Below are positions 19,413-27,661 of a DNA stretch of 64,000 nucleotides, piece by piece. The position numbers were made by a program, and so were the translations under genes. The stretch is from Candidatus Krumholzibacteriia bacterium. Its GTDB lineage: Bacteria > Krumholzibacteriota > Krumholzibacteriia > WVZY01. Under the pieces are notes generated by a model. The model was not told the DNA's origin. It ran no database searches and saw only the letters and a program-made list of their open reading frames with translations. The stretch covers positions 42,733-106,732 of the forward strand of contig JBHHVD010000001.1 of NCBI GenBank assembly GCA_046754105.1, read 5' to 3'. Within the stretch, counting starts at the first letter, position 1. Each line of letters starts with the position of its first letter.

Positions 19413-19685
19413 TTGGCCGCTACCTTTCACTTCAAGATTCTAACCCCCAGCGACAATGTCCTGGCCGCGGACGTCGTGTCGATAGTCGCCCCCGGCGAAG
19501 CGGGTTACCTGGGGGTTCTGGCGAATCACGCTCCGTTGATCACGACACTCGTCCCCGGCACGTTGACCGTGAGCCGCGAGGGGATGGAAGACGTGTATTA
19601 CCGAGTCGGGGGCGGGATCCTGCGCGTGGCCCGCAACTCCGCTGTCTTGCTGAGCGAAAGTGTTGAAGAAGCAGGAAGCGACTAA
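19413..19685 (+). CDS. atpC: F0F1 ATP synthase subunit epsilon, short form with only the beta-sandwich domain
   Basis: FHFKILTPSDNVLAADVVSIVAPGEAGYLGVLANHAPLITTLVPG is an epsilon N-domain. It is only 90 aa. TTG start with no in-frame ATG upstream. Overlaps the convergent histidine-kinase gene by 4 nt. Confidence 0.75.
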   Translation: MAATFHFKILTPSDNVLAADVVSIVAPGEAGYLGVLANHAPLITTLVPGTLTVSREGMEDVYYRVGGGILRVARNSAVLLSESVEEAGSD

Positions 19686-21445
19686 TGCTCGTCGGCGCCT
19701 CCGGCGGGTTCGGCGGCGGCGGCCGTCTCCCCGTCTTCGGGTGTCCGGTCGGCTTTGGTGGTTCCATGAAGAAACTGTTCTTCCGTGTCCACCGGTAGCG
19801 CGACGGTGAAAGTGCTTCCCTCGCCGTACTCGCTCTCGACCGACAACCTGCCTTTGTGCAGCTCGACGATGTGCTTGGCGAGGGCCAACCCGATACCCAT
19901 CCCCCCCCATTTTCGCGAGCTCGAACCATCCAGCTGCTGAAAGGTCTCGAAGATCGTACTGAGCTTGTCGGTGCGGATACCGGGCCCGGTATCCTTTACC
20001 GACATGTAAATCTCACCCCTCCGTGACCCCGTGCGTACCGTTACCGATCCCCCGTGGTCGGTGAATTTCACCGCATTCTGAATGAGGCACGTAACAACCT
20101 GCAGCAGCTGGGTGTTGTCCAGATACATCACGGGCAAGTTGCCCCCCGGTTTCAACGTCAGCCGGACGCCTTTATCCTTCGCTCTTCTCTCCAACTGCGG
20201 CCACACGGACCTGATAACGTCGTGGATATGTGAGAGAGACATGGTCAGTCTGCGGGCGGATATCTCCAGTTTCGAAAGATCCAGGAGGTTGTTGATCAAC
20301 ATTAACAGCTGCTCACCGTTCTCCTCGATGACTTCGAGGAAGGTGTCGCGGTTCTTGGCCGACAGATCCGGATCCTTCAACGATTCCGTGTAGGCGATGA
20401 TGATGCTCAACGGTGTTCGCAACTCGTGGCTGATGTTGGCAAGAAACTCGCTCTTCATCCGATCGACCTGCGTTAACTTGCGGTTGACCTCCTGCAGATT
20501 CTTGTTTTGATGAATAATTTGCTGCTCGAGCATACGACGTTGTGACACGTTGTGCGCGATCATCTGGATAAACAGGTCATCCTTGAACTTGATGAGGTTT
20601 GCGTTTATGTCCACGTAGATGACCGCCCCGTCTCGACCGATCATCCGGCGGTCCAGAAACGCCCTTTCCTTCTCGCTCAGAACGTTTATGAAATCGCGGC
20701 GCGCCAGGTACTGGTCCTCTTGCGCGAAGAGATCGAAATACGACCTGTCGAGCAGTTCCCTTTTGGTATACCCGAGCACGCTCTGGCATTTGCGGTTGAC
20801 TTCGATGAGCCGTCCCGTGTTTCGATCGACGGTCATGATGATGTCGTTGGCCGTCTCCAGCAGAACCTTGTAGCGCCGGCTCAGCTCCTGCGCCTCGAGC
20901 CGGAGGAGCGTATGCTCGATGGCCAGGCTGGCGAAACTCGCGCAGTTCTGGAGCACCTCCAGGTCGTTGTCGCTGAAGGCATAGGGCCGGTAGCTGCCGA
21001 CGTTCAAAGTGCCGATGAGCTCGCCCCTCAACGTCAAGGGCACGACCATATCGCTGCGCAGCGGCTCCTCGGTCACTACTTCCTCGAACTGACCGTGATC
21101 CCGAATGTCCAGGCGCACGAAGGGCTGGTTGTGAATCGCGACCCACCCAATGACTGAATCCTTGTTTATGGGTATCTCGCGCCCGTCTCCGAATTTTTCC
21201 TCTTTATCGGAGCCCTTATGGATACTGCGGAGGATGAGCGCGTCCTTGCCCGGTGTCAAAAAGGCAACGCTCGACCGATCGAAGTCGATTACACGCCCGA
21301 CTTCGCGCGTGATAGAGGACAGAATCTGCTCGAGGTCGTTCGCCTCGATCATCGTGTTGGCAATCCTCACGAAGGCGAGGAGTTGCTCGTTGAGGTTCGT
21401 AAGGGGGAATCGTATTTCCTTGTTACTCGTCGTGTCGTGCGGCAT
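19682..21445 (-). CDS. Cytoplasmic GAF-PAS sensor histidine kinase (HisKA + HATPase_c)
   Basis: H-box ISHELRTPLSII and G-box GGMGIGLALAKHIVELHKGRL are present. An N-terminal GAF domain and a PAS domain precede them. No TM segment and no cognate response regulator nearby. Confidence 0.9.
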   Translation of the reverse strand: MPHDTTSNKEIRFPLTNLNEQLLAFVRIANTMIEANDLEQILSSITREVGRVIDFDRSSVAFLTPGKDALILRSIHKGSDKEEKFGDGREIPINKDSVIGWVAIHNQPFVRLDIRDHGQFEEVVTEEPLRSDMVVPLTLRGELIGTLNVGSYRPYAFSDNDLEVLQNCASFASLAIEHTLLRLEAQELSRRYKVLLETANDIIMTVDRNTGRLIEVNRKCQSVLGYTKRELLDRSYFDLFAQEDQYLARRDFINVLSEKERAFLDRRMIGRDGAVIYVDINANLIKFKDDLFIQMIAHNVSQRRMLEQQIIHQNKNLQEVNRKLTQVDRMKSEFLANISHELRTPLSIIIAYTESLKDPDLSAKNRDTFLEVIEENGEQLLMLINNLLDLSKLEISARRLTMSLSHIHDVIRSVWPQLERRAKDKGVRLTLKPGGNLPVMYLDNTQLLQVVTCLIQNAVKFTDHGGSVTVRTGSRRGEIYMSVKDTGPGIRTDKLSTIFETFQQLDGSSSRKWGGMGIGLALAKHIVELHKGRLSVESEYGEGSTFTVALPVDTEEQFLHGTTKADRTPEDGETAAAAEPAGGADEH

Positions 21446-21567
21446 CGGTTACCTTTGCATGACTCCTGAGCTATTTTGCACAGCAAACCGGGCGTAGTGG
21501 TTTGCAAGCCCCTTATTGGCAACGTGTTACTAAACCACCCCAACGGAACAGCAGGAAGCGTTCCAAT

Positions 21568-21596
21568 TTGAAACCAACCACTTATTCCGCTAGAAT
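21568..21596 (+). promoter_or_regulatory. Candidate sigma70 promoter, TTGAAA-17-TAGAAT, only ~10 nt upstream of the GT39-TPR A start codon
   Basis: The -35 is TTGAAA at 21568-21573. The spacer is 17 nt. The -10 is TAGAAT at 21591-21596. The ATG is at 21607, so the mRNA would be near-leaderless. Confidence 0.45.
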
Positions 21597-21606
21597 ACGT
21601 TGACTT

Positions 21607-23553
21607 ATGGGAAAGTCAGAGCGCAAAAAGAAGCGCCGCAGCGGCCGTGTTGCCGCGTCTCCACGGCCGGACGCCTCTCAGAGGCTGCGGGCAAGACAGC
21701 CGTTCCACCGGGGCGAAATACGAGTACTGGCGATTTTGTTCGTCGCGGCGCTGGTGCTCCGCCTCGCGTATTTTTTCGTCAACCGTCACGGCAACCCCCT
21801 CTTCTACTACCCAATCCTCGACTCTCTCTTTCATCACCAGTGGGCGGGGAAGATTTTGTCCGGGGATTTCTGGGGCCAGGAGGTGTTTTTTCGCGCGCCG
21901 CTCTACCCGTACACACTCGCACTCCTCTACAAGCTGAGCGGCTCCAGTATCGCCTTCGCCGTGCTGTGCCAGCACGTGACCGGCGCGCTGAGCGTCGTTC
22001 TCGTCTACCTGCTGTCGCGGGAGTTCTTCACGGCCCGCGTGGCTGTCTTGTCGGGTTCGCTGGCCGCGCTCTACTGGCCGCTGGTCTATTTCGAGGGGAG
22101 CCTGCTCATCGTCACGATGATCGTGTTTCTCGACCTGCTTGCACTGCTGCTGCTCCAAATGTCCATACGCCGACCGCGCTTCGGGTTACTCCTGGCGGCC
22201 GGAGCGGTGTTCGGCCTGTCGGCCGTGGCGCGTCCGAGTATTCTGATTGTCGCTCCGTTGATTCCGCTGGTGCTCTATCTCACACGGCGCTCCGCCGCGC
22301 ATGCCGCGGAAGCAGCCAACCAGCCGTGGCGAAGGCGAAGCGCCGTCGTGCTCGCAGGGATAGTGGCCGTCGTAACACCCGTCCTCGTAAGAAACTACGT
22401 CGTCGGCCGCGACGTGGTGCCGATCGCTTCCCAAGGGGGAGTGAACTTTTTTATCGGCAACAACCCGCTGTCCAACGGCAGCCAGGCGGTCGTACCTGGG
22501 GCGAGGGCCGACCTGTACGGGACGTTTCACGGTGCGATCGAACTCGCCGAGCGTGATGTCGGCCGGCGGATGAAGCCGTCCGAGGTCTCCAATTATTACT
22601 TCAAGAAGGGTTTTGGTTTTGTCTTTGGATCACCGGTCGAATCCGCATCACTTGCCTTCAAGAAGCTCTATTTTTTCTGGGCCGGTGTGGAGCGGTCCAA
22701 CAACCAGTATGTCCAGTTCTTCTGGCGCCGATTCGGCCTGGGTAAGTTGCCGCTGCCCGGGTTCTGGCTGATCGGACCACTGGCGCTGATGGGGGGCGTG
22801 GTGTTGTGGCGGCAGCGGCGGGAACTGTCATTGCTCTATCTCTTTGTCATCAGTTATATGGTCGGTGTCGTGGCGTTCTTCGTCAACGCCCGTTTCCGGC
22901 TACCGGTCGCGCCGGTCCTGATGATTTTTGCCGCATATGCGATGTGCTACCTGTTCCACGCGTTTCGTTACGACCGTGGGACGCTATGGAAATCGATCGG
23001 GGTTCTCGTGGCGTGCGGCCTCTTTGTGAATTATGACTACGTGGCCTTCCGAGGGGTTCGCGCTCTGGATGAAGCGGTATCCTGGTACGAACTGGGCACC
23101 GCCTACCTCAAGATGGACAAGGACAACTCCGCCCTGGGGGCGTTCGAAAAGGCCCGCGGCGTCCAGGAAAAATATCCGACCCGCGGATACGGCCAGATAT
23201 CAGACATCGTCGACTACAACCTCGGTGTCCTGTACTGGGAAAAGGGTCTCTATTCGAGGGCCATACCGGCCCTCGAGCGCATCCAAAATGAGGAGGCGGC
23301 CGCGCGCAGCACGCGGCACATCCTCGCCGACAGCTATCTGAACACGGGACGTTTGCAGGAGGCGCAAGCCACGTACTTGCGAATACTGAGCACGACCCCG
23401 GACGACCGGCAGGGGCTCGTCGGGATGGCGAGGGTGTACAAGAAGCTCGGCGAGCCGGGCAAGACCGACGAGATCGTTCGCAGGCTGCGATCGCTCTATC
23501 CGGGTGACCGCGGGCTTGCCAAGGAGTTGCAGGAGTTGGAGAGCGGCCGGTAG
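21607..23553 (+). CDS. GT39/ArnT/PMT-like membrane glycosyltransferase with C-terminal TPR repeats, tandem paralogue A
   Basis: Basic N-terminus MGKSERKKKRR, about 11 TM helices, and the motif FFRAPLYPYTLALLYKLSGSSIAFAVLCQH. A C-terminal TPR array follows. About 60 % identical to the adjacent gene. Confidence 0.75.
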   Translation: MGKSERKKKRRSGRVAASPRPDASQRLRARQPFHRGEIRVLAILFVAALVLRLAYFFVNRHGNPLFYYPILDSLFHHQWAGKILSGDFWGQEVFFRAPLYPYTLALLYKLSGSSIAFAVLCQHVTGALSVVLVYLLSREFFTARVAVLSGSLAALYWPLVYFEGSLLIVTMIVFLDLLALLLLQMSIRRPRFGLLLAAGAVFGLSAVARPSILIVAPLIPLVLYLTRRSAAHAAEAANQPWRRRSAVVLAGIVAVVTPVLVRNYVVGRDVVPIASQGGVNFFIGNNPLSNGSQAVVPGARADLYGTFHGAIELAERDVGRRMKPSEVSNYYFKKGFGFVFGSPVESASLAFKKLYFFWAGVERSNNQYVQFFWRRFGLGKLPLPGFWLIGPLALMGGVVLWRQRRELSLLYLFVISYMVGVVAFFVNARFRLPVAPVLMIFAAYAMCYLFHAFRYDRGTLWKSIGVLVACGLFVNYDYVAFRGVRALDEAVSWYELGTAYLKMDKDNSALGAFEKARGVQEKYPTRGYGQISDIVDYNLGVLYWEKGLYSRAIPALERIQNEEAAARSTRHILADSYLNTGRLQEAQATYLRILSTTPDDRQGLVGMARVYKKLGEPGKTDEIVRRLRSLYPGDRGLAKELQELESGR

Positions 23554-23570
23554 CGGCGGGAGACCCGACG

Positions 23571-25514
23571 GTGGCAAAACGATCCAGAAAAAGGAAGCAG
23601 GCCGCACGGGCGGCCGCAGCGGCGCCGTTCGACGGGCTCGATCCGCCGGCCGGCTTCGGCCGCGCCGACGGCCGGAACGTCGCCATCGTCGCGGGGCTGG
23701 CGCTTGCGGTACGCCTTGTTTTCTTCTTTCTCAGCCGGGCAAACAATCCTCTCTTCTTCAACCCGATCATGGACGGGCTTTACCATCACCAGTGGGCCAC
23801 GGATATTCTGGGCGGGAATTTCCGGGGCACGGAGGTTTTTTTCCGCGCGCCGCTCTACCCCTATTTTCTGGCTCTGCTCTACAAGGTTTCCGGTTCGAGT
23901 ATCGCGTTTGCGCTGTTGTGCCAGCATCTGATCGGCACCGGCACGGCGGTGCTCGCCTACCTGCTTTCCCGCCGGTTTTTCACCCGCAATATCTCGCTGC
24001 TCGCCGGCGCCACCGCGGCGCTCTACTGGCCGTTTCTCTATTTCGAAGGCGACCTGCTGATCGTCACCCTCGTCATGTTTCTCAACATGCTCGCGCTCCT
24101 GCTCCTGACCGGACGGCCCGGCGGTGCTGCCGTGCCCGTCATCGCCGGTCTCGTGCTGGGGCTGTCCGCCATCGCGCGTCCGAGCGTGCTGGTTTTTCTG
24201 CCCGTCGTGCCGCTCGCGATTCATCTGGGGGGGCGCAACGGGGGAGCCGCGGCGTCACATCGCTGGCTGCGGCGGAGCCTGCTCGTGTACGCGGGAGCTG
24301 CCATCGTAATCACGCCGGTACTGATCCGAAACTACGTCGTCGGGCGGGATTTCGTCCCCATTGCCTCCCAGGGAGGCGTGAATTTCTATATCGGCAACAA
24401 TCCCGGCTCCGACGGCGCCACCGCCATCGTCCCGGGAACGAGATGGGACTGGTGGGGAGGCTACGAGGACGCGATCCGCCTCGCCGAGAAGGACCGGGGG
24501 AGACCCCTGAAACCATCGCAGGTATCCAACTACTATTTCCGAAAGGGATTCGGCTTCATCCTCTCCTCACCGGGGAAGTCGCTGCCGCTGCTCGCGAAGA
24601 AATTCTACATGTTCTGGGCCGGAGGCGAGCGATCCAACAACAAGTCGGTTTATTTCTTCTGGCATCAATCGGGAATGGGAAAAGTGCCGCTGCCGGGGTT
24701 CTGGCTCGTCGCGCCCCTGGGCATCCTGGGCGGAATCCTCTTGTGGGGAAAGCGGCCCGGTTTGTGGATGCTCCATCTGTTTGTTATCAGTTATATGCTG
24801 GGCGTCGTTGCGTTTTTCGTCAACGCGAGGTTCCGGCTGCCGGTCGTGCCGGTGTTGATCGTTTTCGCAGCCTACGCGGCCTCGTACCTGTGGCACACCG
24901 TCCGCGCGGGCGGCGCTGCGGGCGTAAAAGGGGCAATCCTGCTCGTGCTTTGTTTCCTCGCCGTCGATCTCGAATTTACCCGCTTTCGCGAAAACAAGGT
25001 GCATGCCCTGTCGATTCCCCACTACACGCTCGGTAACGCGTACCTGAAGATGGACGACCCGCGAAACGCCATTCGTGAGTACGAGGAAGCGCTGCGGACA
25101 TATCGCGCGTACCGACTGCCGGGTTTCGAGCTCATCTCGCGCAACGTCATCTACAATCTCGGACGGCTCTACTGGTCGCAGGGAAACTGCGCGCGCGCCA
25201 TCGATTACCTGGAACGCGTGGGGGGCGACGATCGCTTCACCGCGATGGCCAACGTCTGTCTCGCCGACTGCTACGTACAGGTGAGCCGCTTCCGGGACGC
25301 GATCCGTCTCTACGGGCAGATCCTCACGGCCGCCCCGCAAACGGCGGGAGCCCGCACGGGTCTGGTAAGCGCGCTGCTGGGCCAGGCCAGGGTCCACCGT
25401 CGCGCGGGGAGCACGCAAAAGGCGCTCGAGTATTACAGCCGGGCCAGGGAGGTCGATCCCGGCAACTCCTCGATAGAGAGTGAAATCCGGTCATTGGAAT
25501 CGGACGGCCAATGA
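23571..25514 (+). CDS. GT39/ArnT/PMT-like membrane glycosyltransferase with C-terminal TPR repeats, tandem paralogue B
   Basis: MAKRSRKRKQA...FFRAPLYPYFLALLYKVSGSSIAFALLCQH... is collinear with paralogue A. Its stop overlaps the ppx/gppA start (ATGA). Confidence 0.75.
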   Translation: MAKRSRKRKQAARAAAAAPFDGLDPPAGFGRADGRNVAIVAGLALAVRLVFFFLSRANNPLFFNPIMDGLYHHQWATDILGGNFRGTEVFFRAPLYPYFLALLYKVSGSSIAFALLCQHLIGTGTAVLAYLLSRRFFTRNISLLAGATAALYWPFLYFEGDLLIVTLVMFLNMLALLLLTGRPGGAAVPVIAGLVLGLSAIARPSVLVFLPVVPLAIHLGGRNGGAAASHRWLRRSLLVYAGAAIVITPVLIRNYVVGRDFVPIASQGGVNFYIGNNPGSDGATAIVPGTRWDWWGGYEDAIRLAEKDRGRPLKPSQVSNYYFRKGFGFILSSPGKSLPLLAKKFYMFWAGGERSNNKSVYFFWHQSGMGKVPLPGFWLVAPLGILGGILLWGKRPGLWMLHLFVISYMLGVVAFFVNARFRLPVVPVLIVFAAYAASYLWHTVRAGGAAGVKGAILLVLCFLAVDLEFTRFRENKVHALSIPHYTLGNAYLKMDDPRNAIREYEEALRTYRAYRLPGFELISRNVIYNLGRLYWSQGNCARAIDYLERVGGDDRFTAMANVCLADCYVQVSRFRDAIRLYGQILTAAPQTAGARTGLVSALLGQARVHRRAGSTQKALEYYSRAREVDPGNSSIESEIRSLESDGQ

Positions 25515-26461
25515 GACCCCGGGCAGACGCGCCGCGTATCGCCGTCATCGAGATTGGCACCAACTCAACCAAACTCGTGGTGGCGCAGGAGACGGGCGGA
25601 GGTAGTTTTCGCGTCCTCCACTTTTCGAGACGAACCACGCGCATCGGGCGCGGACTGGGCCGGGGTGGAAAGCTCTCAGCCCGCGCCGTCGAGGACACCG
25701 CCCGCGCCATTGGCAAGTTCCAGAAACACGTTACGACTTGCAAGCACCGTTTTGCATTCGGCACCTACGCGCTGCGCAAGGCGCGGTTGACAGCACGTGC
25801 CACTCGCCGCCTGCGGGGCGCCCTCGGATGTCCCCTGAAGATTCTCACCGGACGGGAAGAGGCCCACCTTGCGTTCCGGAGCGCGCGGCACGGGTTGCGT
25901 TTATCGAAACCGGCGGCCGTGCTGGTCGACGTCGGCGGTGGTTCGACGGAAGTGGTCCTCGCCGTGAGTGGCCGGGTCGTGTGCACGCGCTCCCTTCCAC
26001 TCGGCGCCCTTCATCTGACCGAGCGCTTTCTGGCGAGCGATCCGGTCGCGCCGAACGAGTTTTCCGCGATGGAAAGACACATCCGCTCCAGAGTCGAATC
26101 GGCATTCCGCAGCATGGCCGTCGATCGCTGCCCTCCCGGCGGGCTGGAGATGGTCGCGTCGGGCGGAGCCGTGACGACGGCCGCCGGGCTTACCGGCGGC
26201 GATCCTTTCCGTGCGGGAACGACCGTGCGCGTGGGTGACGTGTCCACGTTGCTGCGGCGTCTGCTGGCGATGTCGGTCGCAGCACGGAGACAACTCCCGG
26301 GTCTCGAACCGGACCGGGCCGATATAATACCCGCCGGTCTCGCCCTGATCCGCGAGTTTTTGCGTGGCACGGGCAAACGCGTGCTGCGGATAGACCCGGG
26401 CGGCGTGAGGGAAGGGGCGGTGCTACACCTCATCGAAAATGGTTTTCGATGGCAGGCATGA
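25511..26461 (+). CDS. ppx: Ppx/GppA-family phosphatase (exopolyphosphatase / guanosine pentaphosphate phosphohydrolase)
   Basis: IAVIEIGTNSTKLVVA... is the actin-like ATPase fold N-terminus typical of Ppx/GppA. 316 aa. Confidence 0.8.
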   Translation: MRPRADAPRIAVIEIGTNSTKLVVAQETGGGSFRVLHFSRRTTRIGRGLGRGGKLSARAVEDTARAIGKFQKHVTTCKHRFAFGTYALRKARLTARATRRLRGALGCPLKILTGREEAHLAFRSARHGLRLSKPAAVLVDVGGGSTEVVLAVSGRVVCTRSLPLGALHLTERFLASDPVAPNEFSAMERHIRSRVESAFRSMAVDRCPPGGLEMVASGGAVTTAAGLTGGDPFRAGTTVRVGDVSTLLRRLLAMSVAARRQLPGLEPDRADIIPAGLALIREFLRGTGKRVLRIDPGGVREGAVLHLIENGFRWQA

Positions 26462-27149
26462 AGCCCCGCCAGGGCTGCGACCGCGGCGGGGCGGCCGCTA
26501 ATCGAACCTGCATGTCGCGGGTGGGGTGCTGGACGGTGAGGACGGCGGCATGGAGTGCGATGGACCGCCCGGGAATCGGCTCGCGGGCGCCGTACTTGAG
26601 GTCCCCCGCGACCGGATGTCCCATGTCGGCCAGTTGCAGGCGGATCTGGTGATGACGCCCCGTGCCGGGTGTGACCTCGAGCAGGGTGTGGTCGCGCTTC
26701 CGCTCGAGCACCCGGTAGGAGAGAACGGACGGTTTGGCGTCGGCACCCGGCCCGGACTCGATACGTGACTTCAAGTGGGTCCTCTTGATGAACGCTTCGA
26801 GTCGTCCCTCGTTCGCCGCCACGCGGCCGACCACGACCGCAAGATACGTTTTTTCAACCCGCCGCATTTGAAACTCGCGGGTCAGGCGCGACGCTGCTTT
26901 CGACGTACGGGCGAAAAGAACGACCCCGGACACCGGCCGGTCGATCCGGTGCACCAGCCCCAGGAACACGTTACCCGGCTTGTCATACTTCTGCTTGAGG
27001 TATGCCCTCCCCGCTTCGAGCAGGGTAGGGTCCCCCGTCCTGTCCCCCTGGACCAGGACCCCGGCCGGCTTTTCCACACCGAGCAGGTGGTTGTCCTCGT
27101 AAAGCACCCGGAGGCGTACGGGGCTTTTTCTATCTTCGGATTGGGCCAT
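26430..27149 (-). CDS. RluA-family pseudouridine synthase
   Basis: HRIDRPVSGVVLFARTSKAASRL holds the catalytic Asp motif. VLYEDNHLLGVEKPAGVLV is also present. Confidence 0.9.
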   Translation of the reverse strand: MAQSEDRKSPVRLRVLYEDNHLLGVEKPAGVLVQGDRTGDPTLLEAGRAYLKQKYDKPGNVFLGLVHRIDRPVSGVVLFARTSKAASRLTREFQMRRVEKTYLAVVVGRVAANEGRLEAFIKRTHLKSRIESGPGADAKPSVLSYRVLERKRDHTLLEVTPGTGRHHQIRLQLADMGHPVAGDLKYGAREPIPGRSIALHAAVLTVQHPTRDMQVRLAAAPPRSQPWRGFMPAIENHFR

Positions 27150-27177
27150 TGACAGTCCCGGGGTTGCAGGCTATACT
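27149..27177 (+). promoter_or_regulatory. Strong sigma70-type promoter, TTGACA-17-TATACT, for the arsR / P-type ATPase operon
   Basis: The -35 is TTGACA at 27149-27154 and the -10 is TATACT at 27172-27177. Both are perfect or near-perfect consensus. Divergent from the rluA start. Confidence 0.6.
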
Positions 27178-27183
27178 AACGAT

Positions 27184-27197
27184 TGAACAGCTGTTCA
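27184..27197 (+). promoter_or_regulatory. Perfect 14-bp palindrome TGAACAGCTGTTCA, the putative ArsR/SmtB-family operator
   Basis: Lies 7 nt downstream of the -10 element and 31 nt upstream of the arsR ATG. The 6-2-6 TGAACA..TGTTCA arrangement resembles the 12-2-12 operators of SmtB/CzrA-type metalloregulators. Confidence 0.6.
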
Positions 27198-27228
27198 TAT
27201 GTTAAACTGTTCTCCACAGGGACAATCG

Positions 27229-27612
27229 ATGGATAACCTAATAAAAAACAAGAAGATAGAAAGCTCCACCGACACGTGTGAAGTGCCGTTTGTCGACGAG
27301 GTCCGGGTGGCCGCGGTGCGGGCCGTGATGAAACCGCAAGCGGTGTTTCATTCGATGGCCGAGATCTTCAAGGCGCTCTCTGACCCCACCCGGGTGCGGA
27401 TACTCTACGCGCTCTCCGTGCGGGAGTTGTGCGTGTGTGACCTCGCCAATCTGCTCGGCCGTTCCAGTTCGTCCATCTCGCACCAGCTGCGACTTCTCCG
27501 CCACATGAAGCTCGTGAGATTCAGGAAGGCGGGCAAGAGCACCTACTACTCGCTGGACGACGAGCACATTCACAACCTCTTCCGTGAAGGATTAAAGCAC
27601 GCCGAGGAGTAG
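27229..27612 (+). CDS. ArsR/SmtB-family metal-sensing transcriptional repressor
   Basis: [42 protein letters not shown] is a winged-HTH ArsR domain with the ELCVCD metal site. Start chosen at MDNLIK; the track ORF begins at 27199, inside the operator. Confidence 0.85.
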   Translation: MDNLIKNKKIESSTDTCEVPFVDEVRVAAVRAVMKPQAVFHSMAEIFKALSDPTRVRILYALSVRELCVCDLANLLGRSSSSISHQLRLLRHMKLVRFRKAGKSTYYSLDDEHIHNLFREGLKHAEE

Positions 27613-27661
27613 TTTTCCTCCGAAAACTCCCCGCCTGCTGCCCGGAACCCTGGAATCGATC

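Noticed and set aside
23496-25418. Two long minus-strand ORFs (23496-24224 and 24567-25418), and 21616-22158
   Set aside because: Antisense to the GT39-TPR genes. Arg/Asp/Glu/His-rich and not membrane-like.
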